A stretch of DNA of 64,000 bases from positions 62,001-126,000 of the forward strand of contig MCFE01000083.1 of assembly GCA_002104905.1 (NCBI GenBank). Reading direction: 5' to 3'. Position 1 is the first letter of the stretch; the number at the start of each line of letters is the position of its first letter. The translations under genes were made by a program, and so were the position numbers. The stretch is from Basidiobolus meristosporus CBS 931.73 (lineage: Eukaryota > Fungi > Basidiobolomycota). Shown here one piece after another: positions 36,649-49,428 of this stretch. Below the pieces are notes generated by a model, which searched no databases, had not been told where the DNA came from, and saw nothing but the letters and a program-made list of their open reading frames with translations.

Positions 36649-38949
36649 TGAAAAAATTTGTAGTTCCACCTAAATATTCACCCAGCTTAGTCACTTACAT
36701 CTTTACCTTCAAGGCCTAGAAAACACCATTCAAATACCTTGCAGGGATTTACTTAGAATATTTCTACCAAAATGGCCAGTGCCCAGAACATGAAAATTCT
36801 CAAGGTTGTCAAAACAGCCCAAAATTTTGCACACATGCTCTTGGGCCCTTCCTAAGCCTATTCTATAATCTTGTTCTGACAAAACCATGCAAAAGTTCAA
36901 GTACTGCTTTTACATTCAATAACTATCAGGTGAAAGCCACATAATCTACTTGTTCCCATATTTACTTCCAATATTACTAAGACTCTTACAATAGGTTATG
37001 GATCCCTAGCTGTCACTCTCTGCAATATCTACTATTGTAATTAGTGGAATATTTCTGTCTGCTGAAAAGTTGGATGGATCTGACTACCAGTGTGGAAGGT
37101 GAAGATCAAGATGCTGCTAAAAGAAAGAAGACTGTGGGATATTGTTATGCAAGAAGAATGCCCTCCTAAAAGCTTGGAAGAGGAAGCCATAAAGTACAGA
37201 AGACAGAACCAAGTTCCTTCAACTGCATTTGCATTAATGTTAAAGACAAATTGCAAATTCCATGCACAAGAGCAAATATGACAAAGAATGCCTAGAAGGC
37301 ATTAATAGACATATAGCAGCTATGTTCAGCTGTTAAGAAAGTGTATCTTTGACAGAAACTCTTTGCTGCAAAGATGCCGCCAGGAGAAGAAATGAAAATT
37401 TAATTAACAAAATTACCATGCTGGTGAATGAGATGGAATCTGTTGGTGTACCAACTACTGATGAGGATATGATAGTTACCATATTAGGTAGCCTGATAGA
37501 GATGCTTCAGGGCCTTGTATTAGCCCTTGAGTCCAGAACTGAAGATTTGACCTTGACTTTCATAAATTTAAGGTCCCTGGATGAAGATTCAGCAAAATCA
37601 AGCACTAATAAGAAAATGCAATTGCTTTAATAAGCAATGATAATCAACAAAGGAGTTTTCCAGGACCCTTTAAAGGCAATAGCAACCTACTTTGCAATCA
37701 CTGCAAGAGGAGAGTAAACACATCTAATGCATGCCTCAAAAGGAGTGACAGTCAGCAGAAATAGCATGAATATGGATATGCTGCAACAACTGAAGATGGA
37801 CTATTCATTTCTGCACTAAATATGATCACAAATAAGAGTTCTCAGCAACAGTATACTGACTCTGGAGCTTCTCAGCACTTTATATTCCAATAGAAACTTT
37901 TTACCCAATATCTCAAAGTTCCAATTAAGTATGTTCTCATAGGTAACATTAGAACACTTGATGCAGTGGGAGAATGAACTATACAAGTAAGCCTTAGAAA
38001 CAGTGAAGGATGCCGTACACTTACCTTCAAAGATGTATTCTATGTACCAGAAATAGCCATGAAGCTACTATTTCTATGCAAGGCCACAGCAGAAGGACTC
38101 AGCTTGAGCTTTGACAATTCTGGACGCAGGATCACCGATCAAAATGGTGCCCATATTGCATTATGTATCAGGGATTGGAATCTTTATAAGTAGCCTTATA
38201 CTCTGTCATATTTAGAAGCCAATGTAGGTAACTTAAATGAAGAAACACCAATGCTTTGCTACTGGAGTTTTGTACACATCAATTTTGATTATTTGCAAAA
38301 AATGATCAAGATCAGCTAATTTCTGCAGTAAGATAAATCCCCTGGCTACTTGGGAGTACTTTGAAATATAGATATATGGGAAACAGACCAGACAGTCATT
38401 CAGGACCTCTGGGTTAATCAAAACTTAGAAAAACTTAGATCTTACTCACTTGAATCTGTGTGGTCCTACATAAAACTTACCCTGAGGCTGGATGAAGTAT
38501 TCAATCACTGTTATTGATAACTATACAGATACATGTGGGTCTACTTCATGGAAATAGAGGAAGAAGCTCTGTTTAAGCTCAAGGAGCTCAAAGCCAGAGT
38601 GCAGAGAGAAACTGGTGGAAAAATGAAGAAAATATGCTCTGACTGTGGTAATGAATAAAACTCAGAATTCTTGAGATAAAGGAAGAGACTACTGAGCCAT
38701 ACTCCCTACAGCAAAATGAAGTAGCAGAACATGCATGCAGAGTAATAACTGATATGGCATGATCTATAGTCCATGATTCAAAGTTATTCTATAATTTTTG
38801 AATGGAATTAGTTGCCACAGCTGTAAGCCATAAAAATAACAGTTTTGGCAGAATACTTTGTGATTCTTCTCCATTTGAAGCATGACAGAGATGCATATGA
38901 AGCGCAGAACATGTGAGAGTATCCTTGTCAACAGCATATACCAAGTAAC

Positions 38950-41900
38950 TGTTATAAGAGTCTTGGAGATATTGGAAGTGATTGGGAGAGCAAGTAGATT
39001 ATGTGGTTTTCACTTATTGATTTATTCAATGTAAAAGTAGTAATTGTACTTTTAGATAGTCCTGGCTCTACAAACACATAGAATAGGTTAAGGAAGGTCC
39101 CAAGATCATGTGTGCAAAATTTGGAGCTGTTTGAACAACTTTGAGAATCTTCATATTCTGGGTACCTGGTATTGTGGTGAAAATATTCCAAGTAAATCCC
39201 AACAAGGAATTTGGTCAGTATTCTCTAGGATTTGAGGGTACTGATCTAAGTGACTAAGTTAGGTGAATATTTAGGTGGAATTACAAGTTTTTACAACACT
39301 CCCACTCAGCTACATGTTCATACTGACTAGTCCTAATTTTGACCTAAGATATTCAAACATGTCTCTAGCTAATGGTTTGGTAAATATGTCTGCAATCATT
39401 TCATCTATAGGACAGTAAACTAAGCTAACTAAGTTATTCTCTATAGCCTCACGTATGAAATGATGTCTAATATCTATGTGCTTGGTTCAAGCATGAAAAG
39501 TTGGATTTCTACCAAGTTGTATACATCCTTGATCATCTTAAAATAGAATAATAGGCGCTTTTGACATAGGCCTAGATCAGTAAAAAGCTTTCTTAACCAC
39601 ATTGCTTCTTTTGCAGCTTCACAAGCAGCCATGTACGCTGGCTCTGTGGTAGAAAGTGCTACGGTTGGTTGCTTTCTTGAATTTCATGAAATTGCTCCTT
39701 TGCAGTAAAGAAAGGTTAATCCTGTGGTAGATCTTCTGTCTTCCAAATTTTGTCCCCAGTCAGCATCAGAGTATCCCACAAGATCCTGCTCTGAATCCTT
39801 ATATGTGTATCTTAGGCAGATATCAGCAGTTCCTTTTAGGTATCTGAAAATCCGCTTAACTGCTGCAATATGATCAGATCCATAGTTCTCATTATGTTGG
39901 CTGACAACTCCCACTGAATATCAGATATCTGGGTGTGTTCCAAGCATGCTGTACATCAGACTGTTGACCATAGATTGATAAGGAAATTCAGGGCTTTCAG
40001 ATGGCACCAAGCTCACTTGATTTGGTTGAGTTTTGACCAAGTAAAGGTTTGTCTCCATTGGGGTAGCTGCCGGTTTACAGTCTTCTATTTGGTACTTCTT
40101 TAGTATATCTTCAATATACTTGGATTGGCTTAGGGTAATAGTCTGGGTACTTCTGTCTATGAAGAGCTTAATCCCTAAGTAGTAACTGAGTTCTCCTAGA
40201 TTGGACATCTTGAACTCCCTAGATAGGCTGGACTTATTCACTTTCAATGTTTCTAGGTTATTGGCAGCTATAATAAGATCATCCACATATAGAGCTAATA
40301 GAACTGGACTTGCTCTATCTGGCTTATAATATATAATATAGTCAGCATTACTCATTTTGAAACTCAAATATTCCAAATAAGAATTGATCATGCAATTCCA
40401 GGCTCTTGGTCATTGTTTGAGACCAAATAGTGACTCTTTAAGCTTGCAGACCAAATGGGGGTTATGTTGGTCAACAAACCCATCAGGCTGGCTTGTATAG
40501 ATGTCCTCATCAAGTACTCCATTCAAAAATGCAGTTTTTCAGCCATTTGATGAATTAAAAACTTATATTTGGCTGTAATAGCCAATATTAATCTGATGGA
40601 ATTAAACTTGGCTACCAGCGCAAAGGTCTCAGTATACTCAAATCCTTTTATTTGAGAGTATCCTTTGACCACAAGTCTTGCTTTGTATCTTTCAATTGTC
40701 CCATCAGCCTTGTATTTTGTCTTGAATACCCATCTGCATCCAATTGATTTTTGGTTGATTGGTAATTTGACCAAGTCCCAAGTTTGATTTTCCATCAGGG
40801 CCTGATATTCCTCAGTCATTGCAGATCTCCAAAACTTTGTCTGAGGGCTATTTAGTGCCTCTTTTACTGTCTGGGGTTCATCAATATGGACTGAATAGGC
40901 ATAGGCTAAGTTTGTACCCTCATTGTATAGTAATATGGGCTATTTCTAGTCCAGTTGGATCTCTGGGCATTTGATACTGAAATGATCACTTCTGGGATAT
41001 TACTGGGCACTGATTCTGGCTGAACCATGGTTGTAGAGCCCTCTGGAGTGAAAAAATCCTCATTATTTGTTCTGATTCAATCCTTACAATTGGTAGACTT
41101 GAGATCAGATTTTTGTCATCATCTGATGTCATTTTTTGTGAAAATTTTGAATTTTCATCAAGCAACACATCCCTGGATTTGATTAGCTTCTTTGCTTCAA
41201 TACTGTAGAGTCTGTATGCTTTACTCACATTGCAGTAGCCCAAAAATATGAATTTTACACTTTTTGGCTCAAATTTTGACTCAATTCCGGGCAGTTTGTT
41301 GGCATATGCTGTACACCTAAATATTCTTAGATGCTCTGCACTTGGTCTGTATCCATACCACTGTTCAAATGGAGTAGGACCACAAAGTATTCTGTTATAA
41401 CTCCTATTCTTAAGATATACATCAGTGCCAATTGATTCCACACAAAAATCATAGGATAACTTTTGATCATGGATCATAGATCCTGCCATATCAATAATTG
41501 ATCTGTTAGTATGCACTGCTACTCCATTTTGCTTTGGGGAGTAAGGTACAGTAGTCTCTTGCTTTATCCCATGAATTTGCAGAAGTGGATGAAGAGTTTT
41601 GAGGTATATTCTCCGCCATTGTCAGCGCGTATTTTCTTGATTTTTTCACCAGTTTCTCTCTCCTCCATGGCTCTAAACTCCCTGAACTTAGACAGAGCTT
41701 CTTCCTTTCTCTCCATGAAGTAGACCCATGTGTATCTTGTATAAGCATCAACAAAAGTGACTAAATGCTTCATCCCCCCTAGGGATAAACTTTGCATAGG
41801 TCCACAGAGATCTGTGTGAATTAGATCTAATTCTTTCTTAGTTTTGCTCAACCCAGAGCTCTTGAGCAGCTGTCTGGCTTGTTTTGCATGTATACAGCCT

Positions 41901-43630
41901 TCATAGTGCCCCAAACTAGCTGGAGGATCAATATTTGCTCCAGAAATTAGCTGATCTTTGATCATTTTACACAAATAATCAAAATTAATGTGGCCAAATC
42001 TCCTGTGCCAAAGCATTGGCATTGGTGTTTCTTCATTTAAGGCACTTATAATGGCTACCAAATATGATAGAATATAGGTCAACTTGTATAGATTGTGATC
42101 TCTGATACCCAAAGCAATATGGGCACCATTTTGATCAGTAATCTTGCATCCAGAATTGTCAAAGCTGAAACTGAGTCCTTCTGTAGTGGCCTTGCTTACA
42201 GATAGTAGGTTCTTGGCTATTTCTGGTACATAGTGTACTTTGTTGAAAGTCAGTGTATGGCTTCCTTCACTGCTTCTTAGCTTTACTTGGATAGTTCCTT
42301 CTCCCACTGCATCAGGTGTTCTATTGTCACCCATGAAAATCTTCCTTATTGGAATTTCTTGATATTGGGTGAAAAGTTCTTTTTGATGTGTAAAGTGTTG
42401 AGAAGCTCCAGAGTCAAGATACCATGTCTGAGAATCCTTGTTTGTGGTCATATCTTGTGCAGATATGAGTAGTCTTCAGTTGTTGCAGCATTTCCATATT
42501 CAGGCTGTTTCTGCTGACTATCTTGCTTTTTGAAGCACCAGTCTGATGTGTGTCCTTTCCTTTTGCAGTAATTGCAAAACAGGTTGCTGTTGCCTATGTA
42601 GGGTCTTGGGTACCTCCCTTGTTAGTTATCATTGCTTATTAAGGCATTTCCTTCTTCCTTCTTATTGGCGCTTGATTTTCTTAATTCTTCATCCAGGAGC
42701 CTTCCATATCCATAATTTAAGGTCAAATCTTAGGTTCTGGACTCTAGGGCTGATACAATGCCCAGAAGCTTGTCTGTCAGGCTATTCAGGATGGTAACTA
42801 CCACATCCTCATCAGTAGTTGGTACACCCACAGATTCCATTTCATCTATCAGTAAGGTAGTTGTGTTAATTAGATTTTAATTTCTTCTCCTGGCAGCAAA
42901 TTTGTAGTAAAGAATTTTTGTCTCAGATACATTTTCTTAGCAGCTGAACACAACTGGTAGGTGTCTTCTAAAGCCTTCCAGTCATTCTTGGTTGTTTTTG
43001 CTCTTGAGCATTGTATTAGCAATTTGTCCTTAACATTAAGGCAAATGCAGTTAAAGGCACTTTGTTTTTTCTTCTGGTACTTTAAGGCTTCCTCTCCCAC
43101 GTTTTTAGGAGGGCATTCTTCTCCCATGCCAGTATCCCAAAGACCTCTTTCTTGTAGCAGCAACTTCATCTTCACCTTCTACACTTGGTAGCTAGGCCCA
43201 TCCAACTTTTCAGCAGAGGGAAAAGTTTCAGTAATAGCAATAGTAGATATTAAAGAGAGTGACAACTTGGGGCCTATAACCTGTTGTATGAGTCTTAGAG
43301 ATATTGGAAGTGATTGGGGGAGCAAGTAGATTATGTGGTTTTCACTTAATGATTTATTGAATGTAAAAGTAGTATTTATACTTTTACATAGTCTTGGTAT
43401 TACAAACACATAGAATAGGTTATGGAAGGTCCCAAGAGCATGTGTGCAAAGTTTGGGGCTGTTTGAACAACCTTGAGAATTTTCATGTTCTGGGTACCTG
43501 GTATTTTGGTGAAAATATTGCAAGTAAATCCCAACAAGGAATTTGGTCAGTATTCTCTAGGATTTGAGGGTAATGATCTAGGTGACTAAGGTAGGTGAAT
43601 ATTTATGTGGAATTACAAATTTTGACAACA
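38950..43630 (-). mobile_element. Full-length defective copia family A copy A2
   Basis: LTRs 38950-39298 and 43282-43630 with TSD GTAAC / GAAAC (one mismatch). Colinear gag-pol fragments such as 41564-42451, 40523-40819, 39921-40391 and 39684-39914. Confidence 0.95.
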
Positions 43631-44572
43631 GAAACCACCCAGAAATCAGGCAAAATATGAGTCCAAAATTGTCAAATGCATATTTTTGGGCTAATGCAAT
43701 GATAGTAACACATCTAGACTGTATAATGTGGGTTATTACTGATTGTACTTGGTGAGTGGGAGAGCTTGTAGGTCAAGTCAGTACCACTTGGTTCCAAATA
43801 ACTTCCAGTAGAAGTAGCAAGTTAATAAAGACTTGTGTTTATTCCATCCTAATCTTCTTGTCCTCTCCTTGGTTCAATTGGATAGATATATATATCACTT
43901 GGGGGGCTTAGATAATAGACAATGTGTAACAAAATAGGGGTGTTAACACCCTTCTGTTATGGTAAGTGTTCTAACTAGATAGGGGCAGGGATAGGAGGGA
44001 GGGCATGTGGGGAATCATAGGGAGGATACTGAAGGACTTTGGGCAGGACTCTGTTATGAATAGACACAAGGCAGGAGGAAAAGCTAGGCACAGCAGGAAA
44101 GGACTTAGGTGTGGACCATCAAGGCAAGGCAGGATTCGAGGCAAGGCTGTTTATTCAAGACCTGTGTTTATCAGACTGAGGAATACTTAAGGGGGGATAG
44201 GACTATATATACTTTTTGGCTGTACTGATGCCAAGAGATATTAGCTAATACTAATGGGGTTGTGGGGTGAGGCACAGCTATGGTGCTGGGGATAATGACA
44301 TAGATGACACGGCACTGAGACAGGATGGGGAAATGGATTGGGTCACCTGATCATGTGACTAAGTCATGCGACCTGGTATTTCCATATATGGTACTGGACT
44401 ATGAAAAACACGATGGAAAGCTTCCATGGAATGTTCCATTGTGTAACAATGGTTTGGAATGGTCAGGAACTTTCTGGAAGGTGGTAGAAGGTTGCAGAAG
44501 GAATCTCTTAGAAATTGAGCTAGGAAGCCAAAACTTGGCATGGGTGTTCATGGTTGTCATGTGATCATGACA

Positions 44573-47500
44573 CTATTCTCCTCTTCCAGGCAAAGCTCTG
44601 TTTCCCTTTGGGATAGGTTTTGTAGGATATTGTTGGTGGAACTGGGTAACTAGTTCTTGACAATTAGTGAGATGTGTAGCTGGTTCCCATGTTTGGTCAC
44701 CTGGGCCATAACCAATCCAGTCTACTAAGTAGTACAGCTTTGACCAGATATACTTAGAGTCTAGAATCTGTTTAACTTCAAATTCTTGATGTTGGTCAAC
44801 CTGGATAGCTTGGGGCTTTGCTTCTTGCCGGTTTGGCAAGGTGTTCCTACAATACGGCTCCAGGAGGGACACATGGAAAGTATCATGGATTTTCATACTT
44901 GCTGGTAACTGTAGCTGATATACTATAGGGCTAAGCTTCTTCTTGATCTTGAAAGGACCAAGTTTCTTGAAATCCAATTTGTCACAAGGGTGGTTGGTGC
45001 TGATGTTTCTTCTGAGCAGCCATACAAAATCTCCTTCATTAAGATCAGGGCTGGGATGCCGTTTTAGATTGGCAAATTTCTTGTAGCTTTCCTGAGCTAA
45101 GGATAGTTCTTCCTTGAGGGTATTCTGGATGTCCTGGATTGCTTGGGCATGTTCAGCCGCATGTGGGCTCATTGGGTTTGTTGGAATCTGGATATCAAAC
45201 TGAGGGTGGAATCCATAGTTTGCATAGAATGGTGTAAAACTGGTTGCACTATGGCTTGAGTTGTTGTAGGCAAACTCAGCAACAGGGAGTAGATCAACCC
45301 AATTGTCTTGCTGGTAATTGATATAGCACCGGAGGTATTGCTCTAGAATCTGGTTGATTCTTTCAGTCTGGCCATCAGACTGTGGATGGAAGGCAGTAGA
45401 GAGCTTGACTTGAACACTAAGGTATTGCATGAAGTGTTTCCAAAACTTGGACACAAACTGTGGGCCTCTATCTGACACAATATTACTGGGGATACGATGA
45501 AGGCAGAAATATTCTTTAGGACTAATGCAGCGGTTTCTTTTGCATCAGTGTTCTTACAGCAAGGGATAAAGTGAGCCATCTTGGTCAGCCAGTCAGCCAC
45601 TACAAGTAAAGCATTGAAGCCACATGACTCAGGGAGGTCAGTAATGAAGTCCATAGATATAGATCTCCATTGGTGTTCTGGGATAGGCAAGGGCTGAAGA
45701 AGTCCATAGGGCTGGTGTCTGGCTGGTTTTGCACGGTTGCAAATATCACAAGTCAGAATGTACTCTTTGATAAGAGTTATCATTGTAGGCCACCAGAAAT
45801 CTCTTTTGATAGCATTCAAGGTTTTGGCAGTACCAAAGTGGCCTGCAGCCATTGAATCATGCCAAGACTTAATGATGTCTAGCTGGGTGGCAAGGTCTGG
45901 GACATAAAGCTGCTGCTTGTGGTAGATGAGGTTGTTTACCAGATGCAGGTTCTGGATGTTTGGGAACTTGGGAGGGGGCCCAACTGGGGATTCCAGATAT
46001 TTCTTGACAGTGCTGGAAGTCATATCAGAGGCTTGGGATTCTGATATCCTTACTAGGAATGAAGGGATGACAAGATTTGAGGACTGGGTGGCAAGAATCT
46101 CAAAATGTTTCTTGCTCAGCAATGGGTGTTCCATTTGCCAACAGGCATCATCTCTCTCTTCCAGGGCATATTCTTTTTTTCTGGACAGGGCATCAGGCTT
46201 TCCTTGCTTTGCACCAGGTCTATAGGTGATAGTAAAGTCAAAGCTGGACAGGAAGAGTGACCATCTGGCTTGTCTCCGGTTTAGTACTTTGGAAGTTGCA
46301 AAGTACTCAAGGTTCTTATGGTCACAGAAGACTTTGATTTTGTGTTTTGCACTGTCCAGGTAGTGTCTCCATTGCTCAAAGGCTACAATGATGGCAAGCA
46401 ACTCCTTATCATAGATATCATAGTTGATCTCTGCAGGGGAAAACTTCCAAGAGTAGAATGCAATGGGGTGCAACACATTGTCCTCATCATACTGGGAGAG
46501 TATGGCACCAAGGGCAAAATCAGAAGCATCAGTCTCCACTATGAATTGCTTCTCAAGGTCAGGGTGGGCAAGCAGGGGGGCCTTCAGGAAAGATTTCTTG
46601 AGTTGGTTGAATGAGCTGGATTGCTCCTCATTCCAGGCAAAAGGTGTGTTCTTCTGGGTAAGCTTTGTCAGAGGGGTGACTATCTTGGAGTAGTTGGCTA
46701 TGAACCTGCGATAGAAGTTGGCAAGTCCCAGGAAGGATTGTACTTCCTTGACTGAGCTTGGAGTTTTCCAGGATTGGACTGAGTCAACTTTCTTTGGGTC
46801 CATTCTTGTTCCCTCAGGGCTGATGAGATAACCAAGAAATTCCACTTCTCTCTGGTCAAATTCACACTTCTCTAGCTTGGCATAGAGACCGGCAGAGTCT
46901 AGTTTTCTCAATACTTTCTTGACATGTTCATCATGTTCATCTTGGCTCTTGGAGTATATGAGAATATCATCAAGGTAGATTACCACAAAGTGGTCAAGGT
47001 ATTCACTGAATATGTCATTCATGAGGTGTTGAAACACAACAGGGGCATTGGTGAGGCCAAATGGCATTACTTTGTATTCAAAGTGGCCATATCTTGTGCA
47101 AAAGGCAGTTTTCCATTCATCACCGGGCTTGATTCTGACAAGATTGTAAGCTCCTCTCAAGTCAATCTTGGTGTAGACTTGGGCAGCAGATAGCTGATCC
47201 AACAGTGTGTTGATCAGGGGCAGGGGGTAGCGGTTCTTAACTGTGATCTTATTCAAAGCACGGTAGTCCACACACATTCTGAGGGTGCCATCCTTCTTCT
47301 TGACAAAGAGGATTAGGGCTCCAGCAGGTGATTTGGAATGTTGAATAAAACCCTTCTGGAGGTTTTCTTGAGTATAACCATGGAGTTCTTTCAACTCCGG
47401 CTGGGAGAGGTTATATATTGGGCCAAATGGAGGGACTTTCCATCTTCAAGGTCAATAGGGCAGTCATAAGGCCGATGGTCAGGGAGGAGTTCTGCTTTCT

Positions 47501-48113
47501 TCTTGTCAAAGACATGGGCAAACTCTTGGTACTTGGCTGGTATAGTTGCTGAGGGGGCTCCTTCAGCTGGCAAGGTATCTTGGGCTGTTGAACTGTTGGC
47601 AACCATCTTTTCACGGTTATCAGGGTCTGGAGATTTCATGGAGTTGACTTGGTGGGATCTGGTGAATGACAGGATCTTGGATTTCCAATCAATACTTGGA
47701 TTGTGGTAGCTCAACCATGAGCTTCCAAGCACAATAGGATAGTGTGGTGAGTTGATGATGTTGAAGGCAATTCTTTCTTGGTGGGCAGTACTGGACAGCT
47801 GGAGTAAGCATGTTTCATGGGTAACGGCACCAGAGGAGAGTGATCTTCCATCAATAACTTCTACTTGGACTGGACAGGATTTCAAGGTAACAGGAATAGA
47901 GTGCTTCTGGACAAAGGCTTGGTCAATGAAACAGGATGAAGCACTGGAATCAATCAGGGCTAGGGCTGGGACAGGACCAGAGTCAGGGATCTGGATTTTG
48001 ACAGGCATTCTCAAGGACTGGATAGATTTTGTGGCAAAGGAAGATTCTTGGATATGCTGGATTTTCATGGGTGGGTCCAGTTGCAAGCCTGTCAGTGCAA
48101 CTGGACATTGGAG
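44573..48113 (-). pseudogene. pol: gypsy pol (PR-RT-RH-INT-chromodomain) with two 1-bp frameshifts (~47432, ~45510)
   Basis: ALIDSS, KKKDGTLRMCVDYRALN, YLDDILIYS, VETDASDFALGAIL, DKELLAI, SDRGPQF, HPQSDGQTER, GPF and chromodomain FEVKQILDS..YYLVDWIGY..TWEP. Confidence 0.95.
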
Positions 48114-48119
48114 TTTCCC
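48075..48119 (-). promoter_or_regulatory. -1 programmed ribosomal frameshift signal (gag/pol)
   Basis: G_GGA_AAC (48119-48113), a 6-nt spacer, then a perfect 11-bp stem GTCCAGTTGCA / TGCAACTGGAC with a 10-nt loop. A -1 shift enters the pol frame without a stop. Confidence 0.85.
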
Positions 48120-49024
48120 AACAGATCTGGATCAGGTTGGTTGCTGGAGGACTGCATTAGCTTGAAGCTGGACTTCTTGTTGGGGCAGGACTTGGCAAAG
48201 TGACCTGGTTGGCCACAGTCTAGACAGTGGTTGGCTTGTTGATGTCTGGACTTTTCACTCTTTGATAGTTTCTTGTATTTGGCACTATCAATCTGCATAG
48301 GATCTTCTGGAGTGACTTGGGGAGCAGGAGGGGTTGGGACTGCAACAGGAATGTGTCTTTGACGGTTCTTTTGCTTCTTCTGGAATAGTCTGTTATCACA
48401 CCGGATTGCTTGGTGCATAGCTTCAACCAATGTATCTGGATCTAGGAGTGTGAGTAGCAGATCACAGACTTAATCATTGAGGCCATCTTGGAATTGGCTA
48501 ATCAAAGCTGCTTGACCCCAGGAGCCGAGGTCACTGGAGAGTTGTCGGAATTCTGAGGCATAGACTGATGCTGGTTTGTTCCCTTGCTTGAGGGTCTTGA
48601 TCTTGTTGGCAGCAGTTCTGGCTTGGTCAAGGTTACCAAATGTTAGCTCCATTTCAGTGAGAAAAGCTTGGTAGTCTCTGAGGAGGGGAGAGTTGGTCTC
48701 CACTAATGGGGAGAACCACTTGAGAGCTGTACCAGTAAGCAGGTTGGAGATGAAACCAACTTTGGCCTGGTCAGTCGGGTACCGGTTGGGCTGGAGTGCA
48801 AGATTGTTTTTCACCATATTGACGAAGCCACGGAATTCATTCTGAGAGCCATTGAACTTGGTAGCAGGAGTATACTTGGGTTCTTGGTAGACTGGGACAT
48901 GGCTAGTTTGCTGGACACTTTGGTTCTGGAACTGAGCAAGAGTGTTTCTGAGGTCTACATGGTCTTGCTGCAGTTGGGTAAAGGCAGCCATGAGCTGGGC
49001 AAAGTTCAGCTCTAGGTTGGACAT
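48092..49024 (-). pseudogene. gag: gypsy gag with one in-frame premature TAA (~48470)
   Basis: ATG at 49024. PATKFNGS..FRGF..LLTGTALKWF, PASVYASEF, PMQID and knuckle CLDCGQPGHFAKSC. The frame continues through the stop (GLND*VCDLL). Confidence 0.9.
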
Positions 49025-49416
49025 GGTAGCAGAGGAAGGCGGATGAACTTGCAAGGAATACTGGAATATGCTAAACTAGGTTGTGGGTTTGTAAAGCCAC
49101 TAGTATGTCAAGAATACAACTTTTGAGCCACAATCCCCAACTTAAATAAGTTAGCGTCACTTCAGAAGGTACTGGTTTCAACGTCCTTTGATAGAGTATT
49201 GTACTAAAGCTTCCAATACTGTAACAACTGTAAACTCCACCAGCAGGGTAATAAAGTGAATGCAGCTTTGACCAATAGTTTTACAAAGATAAAGTATCTT
49301 TGCCTTTATAGGACAAGACTAGGGAAAGATGATGGATGATACTTACGGTGAGTATTCCTTTTACAAGTTTTCTTCAAACTTTGGGCAGAAGGCAGGGATC
49401 CACAGGTAAGTCAGGA

Positions 49417-49428
49417 CAGTCTGATAAA
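49417..49428 (-). other. Self-priming primer-binding site of the gypsy element
   Basis: Sense TTTATCAGACTG, 2 nt after the 5' LTR, is a perfect 12-bp complement of CAGTCTGATAAA (49557-49546) about 30 nt downstream of the LTR TATA box. Confidence 0.85.

Noticed and set aside
44005-44564. Short ORFs in the gypsy LTRs (also 49336-50119) and in LTR-A/LTR-B copies
   Set aside because: These are chance frames in LTR sequence, duplicated with the LTRs and frequently broken among copies.
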